This document shows positions 38,228-48,842 of a stretch of DNA of 51,221 nt, one piece after another (within the stretch, counting starts at the first letter, position 1; each line of letters opens with the position of its first letter). The position numbers and the translations under genes are program-made. The stretch covers positions 1-51,221 of the forward strand of contig JAGLDR010000027.1 in assembly GCA_023145475.1 (NCBI GenBank), given 5' to 3'. The stretch comes from a bacterium (GTDB taxonomy: Bacteria; UBP6; UBA1177; JAGLDR01). The notes beneath the pieces are model-generated. The model did not search any database, was not told where the DNA came from, and saw only the letters and a list, made by a program, of their open reading frames with translations.

Positions 38228-40303
38228 CTAGTAGTTATCATTAACTTTCTTAAGATTCAAACCACCAGGATACGCATACGAAACATCCATCTCCCAACCG
38301 TAAACAAAGAGTCCACACGCAGGATCACATTCAAGGGTGTGGCTGTTAAACTCGGCACCCAAATCAACAATCGTATAACTGTATGGAGAGTCAGCAATAT
38401 CGGTGATATCTGTTATCTTTGTCCCATCCACAACCGGTTCAACACCATCTGCAAGAAGAATAGTTGCATAATTACTGGCATATGATCCTGGAGTCAGAAA
38501 TGAATAGGTTGTTCTAAACTGTGCAAACGGAGGAATAAGCATCATCGCAGGATCTCCAACGCAGTTGTTTGCCAATGTGTGCTCCGTTTCACAGATAGTT
38601 GAAACCATGCTAGATGCCGTAAGATACTGCGCAACCATAACTGGTTTATCTGCAGTAATTGTTACCGCATCCTTAAAATAGAACTCACTATATTCACCAG
38701 CTTTTACAATCACCTCTTTTGTAGGTGTTGTTAAGTGTGGAGGCAATGTAGCAGGAACGCCAGGAGCAAATGTCAAAGTAGTGTTATCTGCAGAGGCAAC
38801 TATACGGATAAAGTCACTCTCCTCGCCTCTAGCGTGGCTTTTTACAACCACAAACTCCTTACCCCATGTTTCAACTGGAAAAAGTTGTTGCTGCAAGTGG
38901 TCGGCATATCCAAGGTCAAGTGGAAAGTTAATTGCTGAGTGGCCAGAAAAAACCACAAATGGCTCACACTTGTCATCATCATTCTTACATTTAATCAGAG
39001 AACCAGACAAATCAGCGTCAGCAGCAGTAGCCTCTAAATTGAGTGTCGAGAACTTTTTAAGAATAAAAGATTGTGTCGCACCGGCTGCGATTGCAGGAAC
39101 ACCTGTTCCGGCAACAATAGGAGCTGTTGGGGTAACCTCAATCTCTACATCGTTATCAGAAACACCAATAATAGTGATGAAGTTTGCTCTATCGGCATAA
39201 ACTGCATCATAATTTTTCATACTAATAGCACGGTAGTGAGTATAAACACTGGTAGTTGGAATCAAAAGAGAGGCATCATTTGAGTACGATCCGACACCAT
39301 CACACATGCCAAGAAAACAATCCACACTTTTGCCACTTGCCTCAAATGGATTATCTGCTGAATTATCTAGCGGGGAGAACTGATAAACCGTTGCAGGAAC
39401 AGAAGTAACAATGTGGTATGCCTTTGTTGTCATTCCACTCTCTTTCAACATTCTGGTATGTGGATATTGAAAAATTGCAAGCTGTCCAGGAGCAATTGTA
39501 ATCGCTTTTGAGCTTGATTTCATACTACAACCACTGCTATTATTGACGCAGAAATAAACCTGTCCCGCATCTTTCTCAGTTGTTCCATCATCACTAATCG
39601 TAATATCAATAGTCATGTTTTGAGTCTCATTAATATTACTCACAACAATAGCAAAAATAGGATCACTTCTTCCTGTTGCATCATGGAGATTCGCCGTGAA
39701 ATAATCACATCCTTCATAACTCTTATCTTCTGCATTCATCTCACACAGAGTTTGACACGCTCCATCTTTACAGGTACCACCAACGCAGACTCCTGTTGGC
39801 TCTGTTGTTGGACCTTTACCATCTTCATCACATGCATAGAGATTATCTAAATCTTCTGGAACACAGAGTGGTTCACCTGGTTCACACTGTTTTTGGTGAC
39901 ACATATCCTCATAACAGATTCCATCATCGCCACAAGAAACCTCTAAAACATCCGTTCCATCTGAGTTACAGCGAATAACGACATTTTTATCTGTATCTGA
40001 ACACCGCAGAAACGCATCAGCCTCACACAGTGTACCACCACTGTCTTCATCCGTCTCCTCTTTATCTGGTTTTGGATCGACAACATCGGCATCACTAGTT
40101 CCTTCATCAACAATCAAAGTGGCATCATCATCCTCTTGTTCAGCTCGAGGAGCACAGAGACTGTCGATACAATCAAGTCCTGGCAGACAGTCATTGACCG
40201 TAGCACACGGACCACCAATAGCCTGCTGTGTTGAGGGCTCATCACCACAGGAAACAAATAAAAGTGCAGCCATCACAACAACAAGATAAATCAAACGCTT
40301 CAT
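38228..40303 (-). CDS. IgGFc-binding-protein-domain lipoprotein (myxobacterial type)
   Basis: Lipobox FVSC; Cys-rich repeats; SYEGCDYF, YQFSPL, SNDASLLIP, DHLQQQLFP, GDPAM, SYAYPGG. Confidence 0.85.
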   Translation of the reverse strand: MKRLIYLVVVMAALLFVSCGDEPSTQQAIGGPCATVNDCLPGLDCIDSLCAPRAEQEDDDATLIVDEGTSDADVVDPKPDKEETDEDSGGTLCEADAFLRCSDTDKNVVIRCNSDGTDVLEVSCGDDGICYEDMCHQKQCEPGEPLCVPEDLDNLYACDEDGKGPTTEPTGVCVGGTCKDGACQTLCEMNAEDKSYEGCDYFTANLHDATGRSDPIFAIVVSNINETQNMTIDITISDDGTTEKDAGQVYFCVNNSSGCSMKSSSKAITIAPGQLAIFQYPHTRMLKESGMTTKAYHIVTSVPATVYQFSPLDNSADNPFEASGKSVDCFLGMCDGVGSYSNDASLLIPTTSVYTHYRAISMKNYDAVYADRANFITIIGVSDNDVEIEVTPTAPIVAGTGVPAIAAGATQSFILKKFSTLNLEATAADADLSGSLIKCKNDDDKCEPFVVFSGHSAINFPLDLGYADHLQQQLFPVETWGKEFVVVKSHARGEESDFIRIVASADNTTLTFAPGVPATLPPHLTTPTKEVIVKAGEYSEFYFKDAVTITADKPVMVAQYLTASSMVSTICETEHTLANNCVGDPAMMLIPPFAQFRTTYSFLTPGSYASNYATILLADGVEPVVDGTKITDITDIADSPYSYTIVDLGAEFNSHTLECDPACGLFVYGWEMDVSYAYPGGLNLKKVNDNY

Positions 40304-40407
40304 GTCACATCCTCTCAAAAGTTCTGCAATAGTATACTTATTAGAGACCATTGGTCAAACAGCAATATTTAGTGTGTAGCGATTATTCCAGCATCAATTC
40401 AAACGAG

Positions 40408-41565
40408 CTACCGAGCGATAAGCATCGCCGTCTTTTCACTTACTTCAGAAATAAAATTTTCAACATCTTCGGCGGTGTGAAACAGGCGTTTCTCCTTGCG
40501 AAAAGTGGCAGTAACTTCAAGAACAATATCAACAAGTTGCCCAAGATTTATCCTGCCTTTTGAAAAGGCATCAACAGCAACCTCATCAGATATAGCGTAG
40601 GCTATCATTCCCGCTGTTGCACTCTCCTTGAGCAATTCAAGTGCAAGATTCAACAGAGGATATTTATTCATATCGGGTTTATGAAAGTGGAGTGTTGTGT
40701 CAGCAGCCGAGTACGAAAGATTTTCAAGTCTCTCTGTCAGTGGCAACATCTTTGGATAGGAGAGAGCAGCACCGATTGGTATTCTCATATCACTGACAGC
40801 CATCTGCGCTGTTGCAGAGCCATCTTTGAAGTGGACCATTGCGTGAGCGGCAACCTCTGGATGCAAAAGAGCACCAAGTTGCGCAGCCTCAACATCAAAC
40901 AGCCACCACGCCTCCATCAGCTCCATCCCTTTGTTCAACATTGTTGCACTGTCAACAGTAACTTTTGCCCCCATCTCCCAAACGGGATGTTTAAGCGCCT
41001 CTTCGTATGTTGCTTTTCGCATCTTTTCTGCTGAAACATCACGGAAAGCACCACCAGAAGCAGTGAGAATCACTTTTGTAATATCATTTTTATCAACACC
41101 GTGTAACAGCTGCATCAATGCGGCATGTTCACTGTCAATTGGGATAAGTTTTTCTCTGTTTTGGGTATTTTTACGCCCCATCACGACACCTGCAATGAGC
41201 AACGCCTCTTTATTGGCGAGCGCAACAGGAATATCCATCTGAAGTGCGGCAAGTGTCACCTTCCACCCTGCACTGCCTGGCAAAGCCATCACAACAAGAT
41301 CAGGTTTTGTTTCCAGTAACCACTCTTGAGATAATTCACTGCTCTGCTTGACAGGAAAGTCGAATTGACCATCTAAATCGTGATCAGAGTGTATCCAGCC
41401 GGCTTTGAGTGTATGAGAATATTTATGAAGCAGTGATGAAAAAAGTTTTTGATTTGTTCCGGCACTTACTGCAATTATTGAAAACTCCTCTGGAAACGCA
41501 TCAACAACAGAAAGTGTTGAGATTCCTATGCTGCCAGTTACACCAAAAAGAGCAATCTTTTTCAT
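40408..41565 (-). CDS. dxr: 1-deoxy-D-xylulose 5-phosphate reductoisomerase
   Basis: GVTGSIG, LANKE, PIDSEH, LTASGG, HPVWEMGAKVTVDSATMLNKG; start reassigned to MKKIAL. Confidence 0.95.
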   Translation of the reverse strand: MKKIALFGVTGSIGISTLSVVDAFPEEFSIIAVSAGTNQKLFSSLLHKYSHTLKAGWIHSDHDLDGQFDFPVKQSSELSQEWLLETKPDLVVMALPGSAGWKVTLAALQMDIPVALANKEALLIAGVVMGRKNTQNREKLIPIDSEHAALMQLLHGVDKNDITKVILTASGGAFRDVSAEKMRKATYEEALKHPVWEMGAKVTVDSATMLNKGMELMEAWWLFDVEAAQLGALLHPEVAAHAMVHFKDGSATAQMAVSDMRIPIGAALSYPKMLPLTERLENLSYSAADTTLHFHKPDMNKYPLLNLALELLKESATAGMIAYAISDEVAVDAFSKGRINLGQLVDIVLEVTATFRKEKRLFHTAEDVENFISEVSEKTAMLIAR

Positions 41566-41566
41566 A

Positions 41567-42364
41567 TTAAAGGTGTGCCATAAATTGTAACGCAAGCCAA
41601 GTAATCGTAATTGAATAGAGGAGAGAGTCGGTTCTATCGAGAAGTCCGCCATGTCCAGGAAAGAGGTTGCTAGAATCTTTCACTCCTGCTCCTCGTTTGA
41701 GCAGTGATTCAACCAAATCACCCAACTGTCCAAAAACGCCAATCAGCGCGGAAACAACAAGGATAAAAACAAGATATTTCCCTTCAAAAACAGCGTATGA
41801 CCAGACAGCTCCAGAAATTATACTCATAAGAAGACCGCCAACAGCGCCCTCCCATGTCTTGTTTGGACTAATCGCTGGTGCAAACTTATGTTTTCCAAAT
41901 GTACGACCAGTGAAATAGGCTCCTGAATCACACAACCACGGAACAACTAGAGCAAACATAAGCCAGTGATGTGGATTAATTGAATCCTCCCTTAAAATTG
42001 GAAAGAGACCAAACGGAATGGTAAGATAGAAAAATCCTGCAGTCTGCGTAATAGCATATCGCCACTTCTTATCAACTGGCTCAGAGCCAGGAAGTGCCAT
42101 CAATGGAACACCAACAGCTCCGCCAAAAAGAAGAATTTTAGCCATCACCATATCGTGAGTCATATAGTGTATTGTCAGCATCATCAGCAGTCCAAGTGGC
42201 ATAAAACGCCAATCAGTCGTCTTGTGCATCATTACGGTATATTCACGATAGGTAAAATAGGCGCCAATCATGATAAGGTAGAGAAAAAGCTCTCGTGGCA
42301 GATAATAGACCGAACTAACGGCTACAACAATAAGAATCAACCCAGTAATGTACCTTTTATTCAT
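41567..42364 (-). CDS. cdsA: Phosphatidate cytidylyltransferase
   Basis: DSGAYFTG, ISPNKTWEG, GDLVESLLKR, KDSSNLFPGHGGLLDRTDS. Confidence 0.96.
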   Translation of the reverse strand: MNKRYITGLILIVVAVSSVYYLPRELFLYLIMIGAYFTYREYTVMMHKTTDWRFMPLGLLMMLTIHYMTHDMVMAKILLFGGAVGVPLMALPGSEPVDKKWRYAITQTAGFFYLTIPFGLFPILREDSINPHHWLMFALVVPWLCDSGAYFTGRTFGKHKFAPAISPNKTWEGAVGGLLMSIISGAVWSYAVFEGKYLVFILVVSALIGVFGQLGDLVESLLKRGAGVKDSSNLFPGHGGLLDRTDSLLYSITITWLALQFMAHL

Positions 42365-43126
42365 CTATTTCTCCTCGTTCAATTGCTCATCTGTTTTTCC
42401 AAATCTTCGTGTGCGATTGCCAAAACTATGCAATGCTTTTGCCATCTCAGCTTCGCCAAAATCGGGCCATAAAACAGGGGTAAAATAAAATTCGGCATAG
42501 GCAATTTGCCACAACAAAAAGTTACTTATTCGCTGCTCACCTGAAGTTCTAATCACCAAATCTGGATCCGGCATCCCACTTGTATAAAGACTTGAGTTCA
42601 TTACCTTATCATCAATATCATGAACAGACATTTCGCCTGACTCAACTTTTTGTGCAATCGTTTTGACGGCCGAGACAATCTCCTCTCTTGAGCCATAGCT
42701 CAGAGCAAGAGTCAGCGTCATTTTATAATCATTTGCTGTCTCTTTCATCAAATCTTCTGCTCGATTTCTTACAAAATCGGGAAGCCGTTCAATCGAGCCG
42801 ATAACATTGAGTCGAATACTGTTTTTCAACAGAGTCTCTCGCTTATCACGCAAAAATTCATCAAGCAGATTCATCAGAGCATCGACCTCTTTTTTTGGTC
42901 GATTCCAATTTTCAGTGGAAAAGGCGTAAAGCGTCAAATATTCAACGCCAACTGCGCGACAAAATGTGGTGATTTCATCAACGGTTTTTGCCCCTTGTTT
43001 GTGCCCTCGCACACGATTCCACAACCGTTTTTTTGCCCACCGACCGTTGCCATCCATAATAATTGCAACATGTTTAGGCATTGTAATATCAGTCAAATTA
43101 TAGGCAGAAAGTGTATTAGAATTCAT
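42365..43126 (-). CDS. uppS: Undecaprenyl diphosphate synthase
   Basis: PKHVAIIMDGNGRWA, YAFSTENW, RTSGEQRISNFLLWQ. Confidence 0.97.
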   Translation of the reverse strand: MNSNTLSAYNLTDITMPKHVAIIMDGNGRWAKKRLWNRVRGHKQGAKTVDEITTFCRAVGVEYLTLYAFSTENWNRPKKEVDALMNLLDEFLRDKRETLLKNSIRLNVIGSIERLPDFVRNRAEDLMKETANDYKMTLTLALSYGSREEIVSAVKTIAQKVESGEMSVHDIDDKVMNSSLYTSGMPDPDLVIRTSGEQRISNFLLWQIAYAEFYFTPVLWPDFGEAEMAKALHSFGNRTRRFGKTDEQLNEEK

Positions 43127-43134
43127 TGTTTTTA

Positions 43135-44052
43135 CTAATCAACAAGGTGAAGGGTGTTATCGTATTTTTCTTGAGCCTCTTTAAGCAAATCCTCAATATA
43201 GGTATTTCCTTTTTCAATTGAGCCTGCCATTTTTAGCTGTGTTATTGCCTGCTTATACTCTTTGAGTTCGATTGCCTCTTGTGCAAGCGTTACCATCTTT
43301 CTTACATTTAAATTTTTGATGGTATCCTCTGGATTGTCAGAATAAGAGACTTTAACATGAAAATCAAACCGTTTTTTATCAGGAGAATCATGCAGTTGCT
43401 TATCATATACAACACGACGATTCGGATGGTTAAGCACCGCGTACGCTTCATTAATTCGCTTGGTAATATCATATGCCGTCTTCTGACTCTCTTCACTGTT
43501 CGTACGAAATTTATCAGGATGAAATTTGCGAGCTAAAGTAACATAGCCCCTCTTAATATCCGCTGCTGCTGCGCCCTTTCTCACAAAGAAGAGCTCGTAG
43601 TAATTTCGCCTATCTAGCGCCGTATAGTATTCTGTAAGCTCCTGAAGAATTGGTGTGTTTTCTTCTACAGCCCTAGAGATATTCAACTTATCAACAAGTG
43701 AGGTCAGCGCACTTGTTAATTCATCACTTTTAAACGGAGCCTTAAAAAAAGCAGACGCGCCATATTTATCAGCAATTTCTTGCGATACAGCCTCTACTCC
43801 CTGTTGAAAAGAGATAAGAATAAAGCCGCCAATCTTTCGAGCAACTGGCATTGTTGCAACCCATGAATCATCGGGAAGCTCATCACTTATGACAAGAATA
43901 TCTTTCGATGTAACCGCAATTTGAAATAGTTGTTTGGTGTTTTTTAGCACCGCAATTGGCACATCTTCAACTTTCGAACCCAACAAAGATTTTACAGACG
44001 CAGAGTGCTTTTCCTCTTTCATCAGAATCATTATTCTCGTTTGCGTTTTCAT
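43135..44052 (-). CDS. J-domain protein with degenerate receiver-like N-terminus
   Basis: NYYELF...IKRGYVTLARKFHPD...INEAYAVL...YD; N-terminal alpha/beta region ending FFKAPF; C-terminal TPR-like helices. Confidence 0.8.
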   Translation of the reverse strand: MKTQTRIMILMKEEKHSASVKSLLGSKVEDVPIAVLKNTKQLFQIAVTSKDILVISDELPDDSWVATMPVARKIGGFILISFQQGVEAVSQEIADKYGASAFFKAPFKSDELTSALTSLVDKLNISRAVEENTPILQELTEYYTALDRRNYYELFFVRKGAAAADIKRGYVTLARKFHPDKFRTNSEESQKTAYDITKRINEAYAVLNHPNRRVVYDKQLHDSPDKKRFDFHVKVSYSDNPEDTIKNLNVRKMVTLAQEAIELKEYKQAITQLKMAGSIEKGNTYIEDLLKEAQEKYDNTLHLVD

Positions 44053-45587
44053 TCTTCCCCCTTACTGTCAAGACCCAAAATATTCAACTCAATTTTCTGC
44101 AACTTTCCTGTCTCTATATCAACCGCGCTCACATGAAGAACGCCATTTGTATCAATATCAAAGGTAACCTCTATCTTCAACTCACCACGCTGTGCTTTTC
44201 GTAAGTTGCTTAAGAGCAGTTTCCCCATCAGATGTGAACGCTGCTTGCTCTGCTCATCACCTTGATAGACCTCAATTACAACTGAATTTTGATTGTCTGA
44301 TGCATTGGTAAACACAGTCGTTCTATCGAGAGGCAATGGATCATTTTTTTCCACTAAAATCTCAATATAGTCTCCGACACTTCCCACCCCAAGAGAGAGA
44401 GGAACAACATCCATAAGTACCGGGGCATCAGAGTGGGCATCAGAGCTCAATGTACTTCCAAGAATTGAGGCACCCATTGATATAACAAGCTCTGTTTCAA
44501 TCCCTAAAAAGGGAGCTTTTCCAAAATACTCCTCTACTTGCAGTTGGACAAATGGCACTTTTGTTGAACCGCCAACCAAAACAATCGCATCAATCTCGCC
44601 TTTGTCTACATGGGCATTTTCAAGCGTTTTATCACAAATTGCCAGGGTGTTTTGTATGATATTTGACATAATATTATCAAATGTATCACGAGAAATATCC
44701 CGACGATAATCCTTAAATCCGCCCTCTTTTGTTGGAACAATATTTTTTATAATTACATGAGCTTCATCTTGCTCAGACAGAATAATTTTAATTCTTTCCG
44801 CTTCTGAGCGCAAAATCCCCTTCACTTCAGGAGAGACAGTCAAACCGATACCCGACTCACTCTCAATATCCGACATAATGAATTCAGCTAATGTATCATC
44901 CATATCATCGCCACCGAGAAAACTATCACCACCTGTTGATAAAACCTCAAAAAAGTTATCTTTTACCTCAAGGACCGTAATATCAAATGTTCCGCCACCA
45001 AAATCATAGACGGCAATCTTCTCATTCAGACTGTTACCAAATCCATAGGCAAGTGCTGCTGCTGTTGGCTCGTTAATTATGCGAATAACATTGAGTCCAG
45101 CCAATCGTCCCGCCTCTTGGGTTGCCCTTCTCTGCGCTTCGTTATAATTTGCAGGCACCGTAATAACAGCGTCACGAATATCTTCACCAACCGCCTCTTG
45201 AACCGCCTTTCTGATTTTCATCAAAACCATTGCAGAAATCTGTTGCGGGGTAAATCTCTTTCCAAAAATATCAACTTCAACAGAGTCGTTATCTCCCTGA
45301 ACAACATTGTATGGAAATTTTTCTGCATAAATTATCGTTTCTGGATGGCTAAATTTTCGACCAATAATTCTTTTAATAGAGTAAATTGTTGTCTCTGGGT
45401 GAAAACTCTTCTCTTTTTTTGCGGGAGATCCTATAAGAATCTTGTTTCCTCGATTCAAAAAAGAGACAACAGAGGGCATAATTGCTGTTTTTTCACCAGG
45501 AATTGACAAAACCTCTGCCATTCCATCTCGCACAACCGATACCGTAGTTGTCGATGTTCCTAAATCAATTCCAAGCACTAATCCCAT
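44049..45587 (-). CDS. Hsp70-family protein (non-canonical DnaK paralogue lacking the C-terminal lid)
   Basis: GIDLGTS, TVPANY, INEPTAAALAYG, DFGGGTFD, LVGGSTK, linker VLMDVVPLSLG; ends at 512 aa after the SBD beta-sandwich. Confidence 0.9.
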   Translation of the reverse strand: MGLVLGIDLGTSTTTVSVVRDGMAEVLSIPGEKTAIMPSVVSFLNRGNKILIGSPAKKEKSFHPETTIYSIKRIIGRKFSHPETIIYAEKFPYNVVQGDNDSVEVDIFGKRFTPQQISAMVLMKIRKAVQEAVGEDIRDAVITVPANYNEAQRRATQEAGRLAGLNVIRIINEPTAAALAYGFGNSLNEKIAVYDFGGGTFDITVLEVKDNFFEVLSTGGDSFLGGDDMDDTLAEFIMSDIESESGIGLTVSPEVKGILRSEAERIKIILSEQDEAHVIIKNIVPTKEGGFKDYRRDISRDTFDNIMSNIIQNTLAICDKTLENAHVDKGEIDAIVLVGGSTKVPFVQLQVEEYFGKAPFLGIETELVISMGASILGSTLSSDAHSDAPVLMDVVPLSLGVGSVGDYIEILVEKNDPLPLDRTTVFTNASDNQNSVVIEVYQGDEQSKQRSHLMGKLLLSNLRKAQRGELKIEVTFDIDTNGVLHVSAVDIETGKLQKIELNILGLDSKGEE

Positions 45588-45589
45588 TG

Positions 45590-46153
45590 TTATACCTGCA
45601 TTATTTCATCACTTTTTTTCGTCGAAATCGCTTCAAGTTGCTTGATAAACTCATTCAATCTTTTCTGAATATCATCAAAGTACTTTTTCTCTTCATCTTC
45701 TGTTATATCTTTCTCTTTTTGTGCATTTTTCACTTCATCAATAGCGTCACGACGCACTGTTCGCAAGCTGATTTTGAATTTTTCAGTTAATTGATGCAAC
45801 TGCTTAACAATATCTTTCCTGCGATCTTCTGTCAGAGCAGGAACAGGCATTTTAATCGTCAATCCATCATTGTTTGGATTAAAGCCCAAATTAGCGGCAA
45901 TAATTGCCGTCTCAATATCTTTAATAATACTTCTATCAAACGGCTGAATAACAAGCAATCTGGCATCAGGTGTTGTAATACTCGCCATCTGATTTAGCGG
46001 AGTTTTTGTGCCATAATAATCAACCATGACTCCATCAAGAAGAACAGGAGAAGCCCCACCAGTGCGATAGAGCGATAGTTCATGATGGTACGCCTCTATT
46101 GATTTTTCAAAATGTTGTTTCAACTCAACAAAAAACTGTTTTTGATCAAACAT
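45590..46153 (-). CDS. frr: Ribosome recycling factor
   Basis: RTGGASP, VDYYG, PALTEDRRK, VRRDA; probable ATG at 46153 after GGAGG. Confidence 0.95.
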   Translation of the reverse strand: MFDQKQFFVELKQHFEKSIEAYHHELSLYRTGGASPVLLDGVMVDYYGTKTPLNQMASITTPDARLLVIQPFDRSIIKDIETAIIAANLGFNPNNDGLTIKMPVPALTEDRRKDIVKQLHQLTEKFKISLRTVRRDAIDEVKNAQKEKDITEDEEKKYFDDIQKRLNEFIKQLEAISTKKSDEIMQV

Positions 46154-46169
46154 AGTATCCTCCAAACTG

Positions 46170-46877
46170 TTATTTTACTGTCACTAAACTTCCAACTTGT
46201 TCACCAGCAACCGCCTGCTGCATTGCGCCACTTTTAAAGATGTTAACAATACGCAAAGATAAATTATTTTCTGCACACAGCGTCAGCGCTGTCGTATCCA
46301 TCACCTTCAAACCCTGCTCAATTGCCTGTTTAAAAGTGGTTTTCTCTATCAATATCGCGTCATCAAAACGCATCGGATCTTTGTCATACAATCCATCAAC
46401 TTTTGTCGCTTTAATCAAGATATCAGCACCTATTTCCACTGCTCTCAGCGCTGCTGCTGTATCGGTAGTAAAAAACGGATTTCCCGTCCCACCACCAAAA
46501 ATGACAACACGCCCTTTTTCAAGATGTCGAATAGCACGACCACGAATAAAAGGCTCAGCAAGAGGATCAACCTCAACGGCACTCATGACACGAGCAACCA
46601 ATCCCGCACTTTGAAATGCACTTGAAAGAGCCAAAGAGTTGATGATAGTTGCAAGCATACCCATATGGTCGCCTGTTACACGATCAATGCCGCTGTCTCC
46701 TGCTTGAAGCCCACGAAAAATATTTCCGCCACCGACAACAACAGCAACTTGAACGCCATCATTTACCAGCATTGCAACCTCTTTAGAGATATAGGAGAGA
46801 AAATCTTGGCTGATTGGGGCTCCAGTAGGGTCTAGAAGAGCCTCACCGCTCAACTTCAAAAGGACACGACGATACAT
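46170..46877 (-). CDS. pyrH: UMP kinase
   Basis: LLKLSGEAL, GGGNIFRG, GTGNPFFTTDTAAALRA, VMDTTA. Confidence 0.97.
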   Translation of the reverse strand: MYRRVLLKLSGEALLDPTGAPISQDFLSYISKEVAMLVNDGVQVAVVVGGGNIFRGLQAGDSGIDRVTGDHMGMLATIINSLALSSAFQSAGLVARVMSAVEVDPLAEPFIRGRAIRHLEKGRVVIFGGGTGNPFFTTDTAAALRAVEIGADILIKATKVDGLYDKDPMRFDDAILIEKTTFKQAIEQGLKVMDTTALTLCAENNLSLRIVNIFKSGAMQQAVAGEQVGSLVTVK

Positions 46878-46958
46878 AACAGATAAACTCCTTATTCGTT
46901 TAGTTGCCCTATCCTAGCCATCTGTGAAAGTGATTGCAACTTTTTCGCTGTTTCTAGG

Positions 46959-48842
46959 CTACTTTCCTACAAAGGGAAGAATATTCTTTTTATAACCACG
47001 GTAGAGTTGTTGCATCATCATAAACTGTTGTTGTGCTGAAAGGTAGAGGTCACTTGCGTCACTCCATCGCTCTTCACTCAACGCCGTCTCTATCTGTGTA
47101 AGCAGACAATCTGTAGATGTCTCATCACGCATCAATGAGGTTGCTATCTCCACTAAAACGCCCCATTGGTTTTGTTCATGCTCATTTTCATACTCTGAAA
47201 ATCGCTGAAATCCAGCAAAAGTAGTACGCATTGCGGGCAACTCCTTCTCGACCAATTCAACCTGCCACTTATGCAGTGCACTTTCATAAAAAGAGTGAAC
47301 AATCCTGCTGTCAAGAGGAACATTTTCAAAAAGAGGTGTCTCTCGCTGAAGTATTTCTATCACCTCCCACACTGTTCGTGGGCTTTGACCAAATCGTTTT
47401 GCTCGCTCCTCTTCTGTATATTTCTCGAACAAATCATCTTCACAAATATAGGCACGAGAGAGTTCAAGATAATCACCCTCTTGCCCTGGCTCTTTTTTCA
47501 GCTCCTGTAAAAGGAGTTTAGCATCGCGTCTATAATTCTTTTTTATTCCGTCAAGCATCGCGGTATAAAATGCAGCTGTTGCAAGATAGGTATTTGTATG
47601 AGGATTAGGCGCACGCACCTCAAAACGAACTGAATAGGGAGATTCGCCACCAACAACACCAACAAGAACAGTACGGTTTCGTGACGGCATTGCAGGGGTA
47701 TTGCCACCAAGACTTGCTACAACACTAACGGGTGATTCAAAGCCTGGTTGCAGACGCTTTAATGCCGATATTGAGTGCGTTACAAAAGGATTAACTTGTT
47801 GCCAATTTTTAAGAAGTCCCATCAACGCACTATAGCCAATTGATGAAAGATGAAGCTCCTCTTTTTCAGGAGCAAAGAGATTTATTCTCTTATCATTTTT
47901 CAACATCACAGAGATTCCGACATGCATATGCTCACCATTACCAGCAACGCCCTCTGCTGGCTTTGCAATAACCGTTGCCTCTAGTCCATGTCTTCGGAAG
48001 ACCTCTTTCACAAGAATACGAACAAAAAGTTCATTATCAGCAGCTTGCAGCGGTGTTGTAAAACGCCAGTCAATCTCTAACTGCTCCATAACATTAGCAA
48101 TACTACCGTCATTAGATATTTTACCTTTGACACCACCAACCTCTTTATGGCCCATTTCTGGCTCCAACCCATACTCTTGCAACAACATTAAACACTCTTC
48201 AAGAGAGGTGCGAACTTGCCCTTTTGTCCGCTTCCAATAATGCTCTTTCAGTGTTTGGCTCAGCGAAAGTTGCTGAATTGATGTCTCATCAACTTGGCTT
48301 CTTACCCAAAACTCAAGCTCAGTTCCTAAAGAGAAGTTGATGCTTGCAATATCATTCTTAGTGATAGAGTGGTGTGCTAGAAATTGTATATCATTGCGCA
48401 AAATTTCAAGCAATTCAGCTTCAACAACCGCAAGAGTCTCCTTTAAGACGCTACGACTACAAACGAGCTTATTGTTATGTCTAAAGAAGATAGGAATTCT
48501 TACCGTTCCTATTGAATCATCCTCTTGCATAGATGGCGATTCAAATGTCCAATCGACAAACCAACTGCTTTCTGTATCGATAATAAAATCAACTTTTGCA
48601 TCGGAGAGTGTTGCAATACCCGGCAAGTTAACACTACTACCATCTGTTTGGATACCACCAGCAAAAATATCATCTAAATGTTTGACAAAATATTCAACGG
48701 GGATGCGCTCATCTGTATCGTTTCCTAAAAAATCAATTCCAACGAGTGAAACAAATTTTAGACGCGGATGCCTCAAAATAAAATCTTTAAATGTTACATT
48801 GTTACGACACTCTGCTGGCACACGCCTAATAATGTTGTGCAT
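46959..48842 (-). CDS. Glutamine synthetase-family protein (long atypical type)
   Basis: TDGSS, GTELEFW, HKEVG, QLEI, KP...AGNGEHMH, RLQPGFESP, RNRT, RFEVRAP. Confidence 0.85.
   Translation of the reverse strand: MHNIIRRVPAECRNNVTFKDFILRHPRLKFVSLVGIDFLGNDTDERIPVEYFVKHLDDIFAGGIQTDGSSVNLPGIATLSDAKVDFIIDTESSWFVDWTFESPSMQEDDSIGTVRIPIFFRHNNKLVCSRSVLKETLAVVEAELLEILRNDIQFLAHHSITKNDIASINFSLGTELEFWVRSQVDETSIQQLSLSQTLKEHYWKRTKGQVRTSLEECLMLLQEYGLEPEMGHKEVGGVKGKISNDGSIANVMEQLEIDWRFTTPLQAADNELFVRILVKEVFRRHGLEATVIAKPAEGVAGNGEHMHVGISVMLKNDKRINLFAPEKEELHLSSIGYSALMGLLKNWQQVNPFVTHSISALKRLQPGFESPVSVVASLGGNTPAMPSRNRTVLVGVVGGESPYSVRFEVRAPNPHTNTYLATAAFYTAMLDGIKKNYRRDAKLLLQELKKEPGQEGDYLELSRAYICEDDLFEKYTEEERAKRFGQSPRTVWEVIEILQRETPLFENVPLDSRIVHSFYESALHKWQVELVEKELPAMRTTFAGFQRFSEYENEHEQNQWGVLVEIATSLMRDETSTDCLLTQIETALSEERWSDASDLYLSAQQQFMMMQQLYRGYKKNILPFVGK

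Noticed and set aside
44049-45587. Canonical dnaK
   Set aside because: Too short, lacks the lid, and no grpE or canonical dnaJ adjacent
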